Shown here one piece after another: positions 59,292 to 64,000 of a stretch of DNA of 64,000 nucleotides. The notes beneath the pieces were generated by a model that was not told the DNA's origin, made no database searches, and was given only the letters and a program-made list of their open reading frames with translations. Position numbers and translations under genes: made by a program. The stretch lies in NCBI GenBank assembly GCA_010015805.1, contig ML978128.1, positions 1,736,001 to 1,800,000 on the forward strand. The letters are read 5' to 3'. Position 1 is the first letter of the stretch. Every line of letters begins with the position of its first letter. This DNA comes from Rhizodiscina lignyota (taxonomy: Eukaryota).

Positions 59292-60265
59292 ATCGTCTTG
59301 ACAAAGTCGCGATGCTTTTCGCAGGACAATGACAGACAGAAGCTGAAATAATGTGCAGGATTATTTGATTCCATTCGTCTCTGATTTATGTAAAGTGTGT
59401 TGGAAATAGCCTCGTTATGAGAGCAGGTTCGACCTCGTCGAGGGCTGAACAAAACGGAATTTCCACATTCCCACACCCAAATCTGGGCAATGCTCACACA
59501 TATCGAACACAAATATAACACACCCGGACCACATTAGGGAAGTATCTTTCTCTCCAGCGGCAGGGGCCTTGAGTGTGCCGTTATGTAGGGTAGTGCCAAC
59601 ACGGTTGACTAAGCTAGTCTGGCTAGCATTTCCGCTGCCGTGGCTGGAGATAACGTTATGCTTGAGGCCGGAGGAACCCGAAAATCTTCTCTCATTGAAA
59701 AAACGCTTTGTTTTCGTCCACAACAGGTGCCAAGAGTAACAGAGTACATTTTGTTTACTATACAACGAGCTATTTAGTCTTACCCTAGCTCATACGGTTC
59801 GCCGTCTTTACCCGTATAAGGTATCTACAACCTTTCTTGGGCTGATGGAGCCCTATCAACACCTTAACGTGAAGAAGAAGGCGAACAGTATATACGAACT
59901 TGAGGCAAGTATTTTGGTGGTGATATCTTGATCGCATGATCTTGCGAAATGAAATAAACTCCAAATGTATCGGTTCCCAATGCATGGCCATGCCCAGGAG
60001 CACCATATGTCCCTGCCATTTCACACGAAGGGCTATACGCTGAAGCGGAAGTCAGTCCCCTGGTATGCGTATGGGCCAGTCAGAGGCTCTGCAGTTGAAG
60101 ACAGGGTTGCCATATCGCCTCAATAACATCATGTCCCGGAGCAGACTTGGCCGCCATCCTCCGTGTTCCGTGATGTGGCAATATCGTTTCGGCAGAAGTA
60201 CAGCTGGAGGTTTCGAGGGAACAGAATGTAGAACTTGGCCGAGAAATTATTGCGCACAATCCTCT

Positions 60266-61116
60266 TCAGCCCACCTCGTCTTCATCATCAAGTACAAGTT
60301 CCCTCAGCTTTTCATCTTTTGCCCAGTTCAGGCCACTGCCAGCTACGACGCCCGAAACGACGCTCTTCATGATGCGCCAATCGCGTCGGGCGACTCGAAC
60401 TTGCGCATCAAGATCATCAAGCTGATTACGAAGATCTGTGTCTGCGATGTCATGCGCGTCCTGTGCCTTTGTTTCTTCGGCGAGAGCAAGCATAACTGTG
60501 GCAAGCTCTTGGTTCTTCGCTACAACCTGCATATTTTCGATTTCGGAAGCGCTGAGGCTGTTCATAGCATTCGAAAGGTCTTTAGACAGTGTAGAGCTAA
60601 CCATAGTGAGGATATCTCGCTCGTTAATGAGTGGTAGCAGCTTTCTTGGGTTAAGTCAGTTACTAACGCTTAGTTGAAGCGATCCTTGGAAGACCAACTG
60701 CTCAAGGACATTCCCATCTGTACCCTTATGCACTGCCTTCAGAACGGGATCGGTGATCAGCACATGTTGTATTATCCTATTGCGCAGCACGTAGTTTGCA
60801 CGCGCTTCAAGAGCCTCTAGCTCTGCTACCTTGAGCTGGGCGTCGAGCTGGTCATCTGACACCGTGCTGGTCTCGGGTGCCTGAACTGCATCGCGTGTAA
60901 GCTCCTGTAGAGGTCATGAGATGACTTCATTCTGTGCTGCGAACCGTGACTTTGAGCCTCTAGTAAGCCTTGCTCGAGCCTGAGTTCCTCTTCCGCGTCC
61001 CATAATTCGAGGATTGCCTTCTCTTTCTCCGAGAACACAAGTGAGTCGTTGCAGGGCGTTTGAATCAGCTGGTCAAAATCGTTCCCAGGCTCTTTCGATA
61101 CTTCATCGCCTTCCAT
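60266..61116 (-). CDS. Centromere protein H (CENP-H) family kinetochore protein; 2 introns
   Basis: ARANYVLRNRIIQHVLITDPVLKAVH; C-terminal WRIMKSVVSGVVAGSGLNWAKDEKLRELVL CENP-H signature; coiled-coil character. Confidence 0.85.
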
Positions 61117-61349
61117 AGCGCACAAAGTCTTCCAAACTTTGAATCTTCACAATGTCCTTTTGACGTATCGCGTCGCGTGTCGAACGAATCATCTGAACAG
61201 CGGGGAGACACTTTAAACCCTCCGAGATGGAGAGCACGGACCAACTTCCTTGTCACCAACCTCCAGTTGCACCATCTCCCTTCTTATTTCACAACCTTCA
61301 TACGCTCCGGGCCCTCGCCACGCTCAGAGGACCTGATGCGGCATCTCGC

Positions 61350-64000
61350 ATGTCTTTGAGTGTTTTCGTAGCCCATACGGGCACTCGACTCGACGCTGAT
61401 CCCACAGCATTCGAGTCTTTGGACTCTCTACGAACATGGATCGCGGACGCAACAACGATACCAACGGTGGATCAGATATTATTGACCGAGAAAGGAAGGC
61501 ATGTTAAGTTGCCTACGTTGTTAATCGAGGTAAGCTACTGGTTCATATGGTGTGCAGACTGTAGTGCTAATATTGGTTATAGAAAGAGATATTTGTCTAT
61601 GATCGCGCACTCTTCTCTACCTCCGCTACACCCATCGAACCTCCTTTGTCGCCAATACCAGATGTTTTCGAGCCAGATCAACCTCCAGATACCCTTGCCA
61701 ATGAGAAGAACATCAAGGCATGGGAGGCGCTGTTCAAGGCGCGTCGGGACTGGACGCTGAACCTAGTCCAACAATGCGGTTCCATGGCCGATGTCGCAGA
61801 CCGATATATACTGGAACAGTCTGTGATCGAGCGCTCTCTTCTGATAGCTACCGCAAATCACGATACCCATATTCGGAATGTGGATCAGAAGCATAGCGAC
61901 GCGAAGGCATGGTTCGATGACGTGGCTAGGGAGCAAGAAGATCACTTACAGCATTGGCAGGCAGACCTTGCACGGTTAGAAACAATAGCCGCAAGGAAGG
62001 AGTTCCATGGTTTTTTCTTGCTACAGGAGAAGACTGAGAATGGCCGAACGAAAGGAGAGAACCTGGGAGCGTTTGTGGATCGCGATGTGGTCCGCAAAGC
62101 AGCTGTAAGGAGTCGCACTATCATCGATATGTTCACGAAACGTGTCGCAGATGTTGGTCATTCGATCGCATCCATATCAGCAAATTATAAAGACCTGCGC
62201 GAAGGGATTACACGAAGTCAAAGTCAGTATGGACCAGATGCGCAAGAAGAGCCCGGGAGGCTCATGAAGGAAATCAACGCTGTGGCCAAGAAGGTGGCTT
62301 CGGACTATGACCATGTTGCGAGTCTGCCTGCAGTTCCAAAGTCGGTCACGTCTGCTTCGAAGCTTGCATTGCTGCATACTCGAAATTTCTTACCTGCGAT
62401 CGCAGAGTACTCGATGGAGATGAACGACCTTGTGCGGCGCGCTGTAGACCAGAAGAACCTCGCAGTCAGCAATGCGCTTGAGCGCATGCGAGCCATTGCC
62501 AGCATTGAATCAACTTTGTCTTCTGTACACGCAGATATCAACGCACTCGATGTTCCCGCCGATGATCTAGAAGCCTTCGAACAACTCTCCACTGTCTCTC
62601 GATTACCTTTTGTATATGGCTCTCTTATGGTGGAGGCAGTTCGGCGTGGGGAATGGATCGAGAAAATGAAGTGTGACTCGTCTACTCTCGCGGAAGAAAT
62701 TGCAGGCTATCAAGAGGAAGAACAGCGTAGGAGGAAGAAGTGGCTGAAAAATATGAGCGATGTGCTTCGGGTTGACACAATGGAGGGCAAAACCCTTGGC
62801 GTTGAAATCAACCTCCTGGGAGAAGAGAATAGCTGGCCAGAGGTCTCCAGGGAAGAGCTTGAAGAGTACCTGAATGCGCTCGCGCAAGCTGGCGACTTGC
62901 AACCAGTCATCGATAACCTTGCACAGGCGATCAAAGACATGGACAAGCCAACACGACAGCAGTTGAGACGAGCAAAGACTTTCAAGGCGGGAAGTGTGCA
63001 TGAAGCTGGTTTCGGCAGAGGTTCTCTGATGTTGCGAGGGGAGGACGAAATGAGAGTCTTCCGCGAAGCCAATGCAAGGCTGGAGGAAGAACTCAAAGGC
63101 CAGAAGAGCCGCGTTCGGAAATTAGAGGACCTTGTGCATCGGCAAAGCCATGTTGGTCGACTTTCTTTAGGTTCTGGCTTTACGCCTCAGGGCGAGAAGA
63201 GCCCGGAGCCGATGACTCCCGACCAGCCAATTGCTGCGGCAAGTCCGAGACTCGAGGAACAGCTGTCACGCCGTGGTTCGACTGCTTCGCGGAGACTTTC
63301 TGCGAATCAAATGTCGGAGGAAAAGGGGCTAGCAAGAAAACTAGTGAAGCTCGAGGCCGAGCTGTTGGCCGAGAGAGTTGCTAGGGCTGATCTTGAGAAA
63401 GAGGCTCTGTCAAGGCAAGAGGGGCATGAAGATGTTAAGCGTCAGATTGACGAGGCAATCTCGACGAAGAAAGACATCATGGAAAATATGGAAGCCCAAC
63501 AAAAGGAGTTTGCGATTGAGCGAAGATCGCTGGAAGAGGAGTTGAGCAGAGCCAAACAAAGAATTGAGGAGGCGGAAGATGAACTTGATAGAGTCCTTGG
63601 TAGTAGAGACCAAGAAAGGGCTGGTGCTGATGGAAGGCTACAAAGCCTGATAGGCGACTTGGACCAGTTCAGGAAAGAGTCTGCCGAGGAGCATCAGAAG
63701 GCCGAGGACCGTATCAAAGAGCTCGAGGATCAGATCAACAAGAAAGACCAAACAGACTATGAGAGAAAGGCACTGCTTGCTGATGTTTGGAATCAATTTT
63801 CAACTCAAGAGACGGCCCCTGAGGATCACTCGCAACTCATCTCCGGTCTTGAGGATCTCGCCCGCCGCTCAGTTGATCAACTGAGAGACCTCCAACGAGC
63901 AGTTGCTTTGGCCAAGTCCGAGAATGATACTCTCCAGACCACCATTGACGAGCAAAAGACAGAGATGACGTCCCTTACGTCTCAGATTTCTGAGCATGAG
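61350..64000 (+). CDS. ATG11: Autophagy-related protein 11 (Atg11/Taf1), 3'-truncated by the window end; intron 61530-61582
   Basis: N-terminal ubiquitin-like MSLSVFVAHTG...QILLTEKGRHVK, EIFVYDR, AWEALFKARRDW, LPFVYGSLMVEAVRR, RVRKLEDLVHRQ; long coiled coil. Confidence 0.9.

Noticed and set aside
60065..60637. 190-aa plus-strand ORF
   Set aside because: Mostly antisense to the CENP-H last exon; no domain signal
1..64000. Transposons, CRISPR arrays, prokaryotic operons or defence systems
   Set aside because: No transposase/RT/integrase motifs, terminal repeats or repeat-spacer arrays seen; sequence is intron-containing fungal euchromatin

Overview
Gene-dense eukaryotic DNA from a filamentous ascomycete (Pezizomycotina; the class is not determinable from this window alone). 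It has short GT-AG introns with CTRAC/CTAAT branch sites. I can support 27 protein-coding genes and one intron-containing tRNA-Gly(CCC). Housekeeping genes include RFC4, SPT4, TRS120, RPN8, SEC11, NHP6, BCS1, ISA2, CENP-H and ATG11 (truncated by the window end). They are interspersed with secreted or metabolic genes: a CAP/PR-1 protein, a yapsin-like aspartic protease, an FAD monooxygenase, an amidohydrolase, a hydantoinase, a nitrilase-family enzyme, an OPT transporter, a cyclase, an ADH and a beta-propeller protein. No transposon, CRISPR array or rRNA is evident. The most interesting signals are four. (1) A branched RNA structure downstream of the PR-1 stop codon carries two copies of the same internal-loop motif with compensatory base changes. 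(2) A homeodomain/C2H2 gene is split by one in-frame TAA that an alternative 3' splice site could bypass. (3) A giant GHKL-ATPase protein carries a C-terminal HExxH zincin motif and a PPxY motif. (4) One protein appears to join a PWWP-like domain to a BTB-like domain. Splice coordinates and domain calls were made by eye and need RNA-seq/HMM confirmation.
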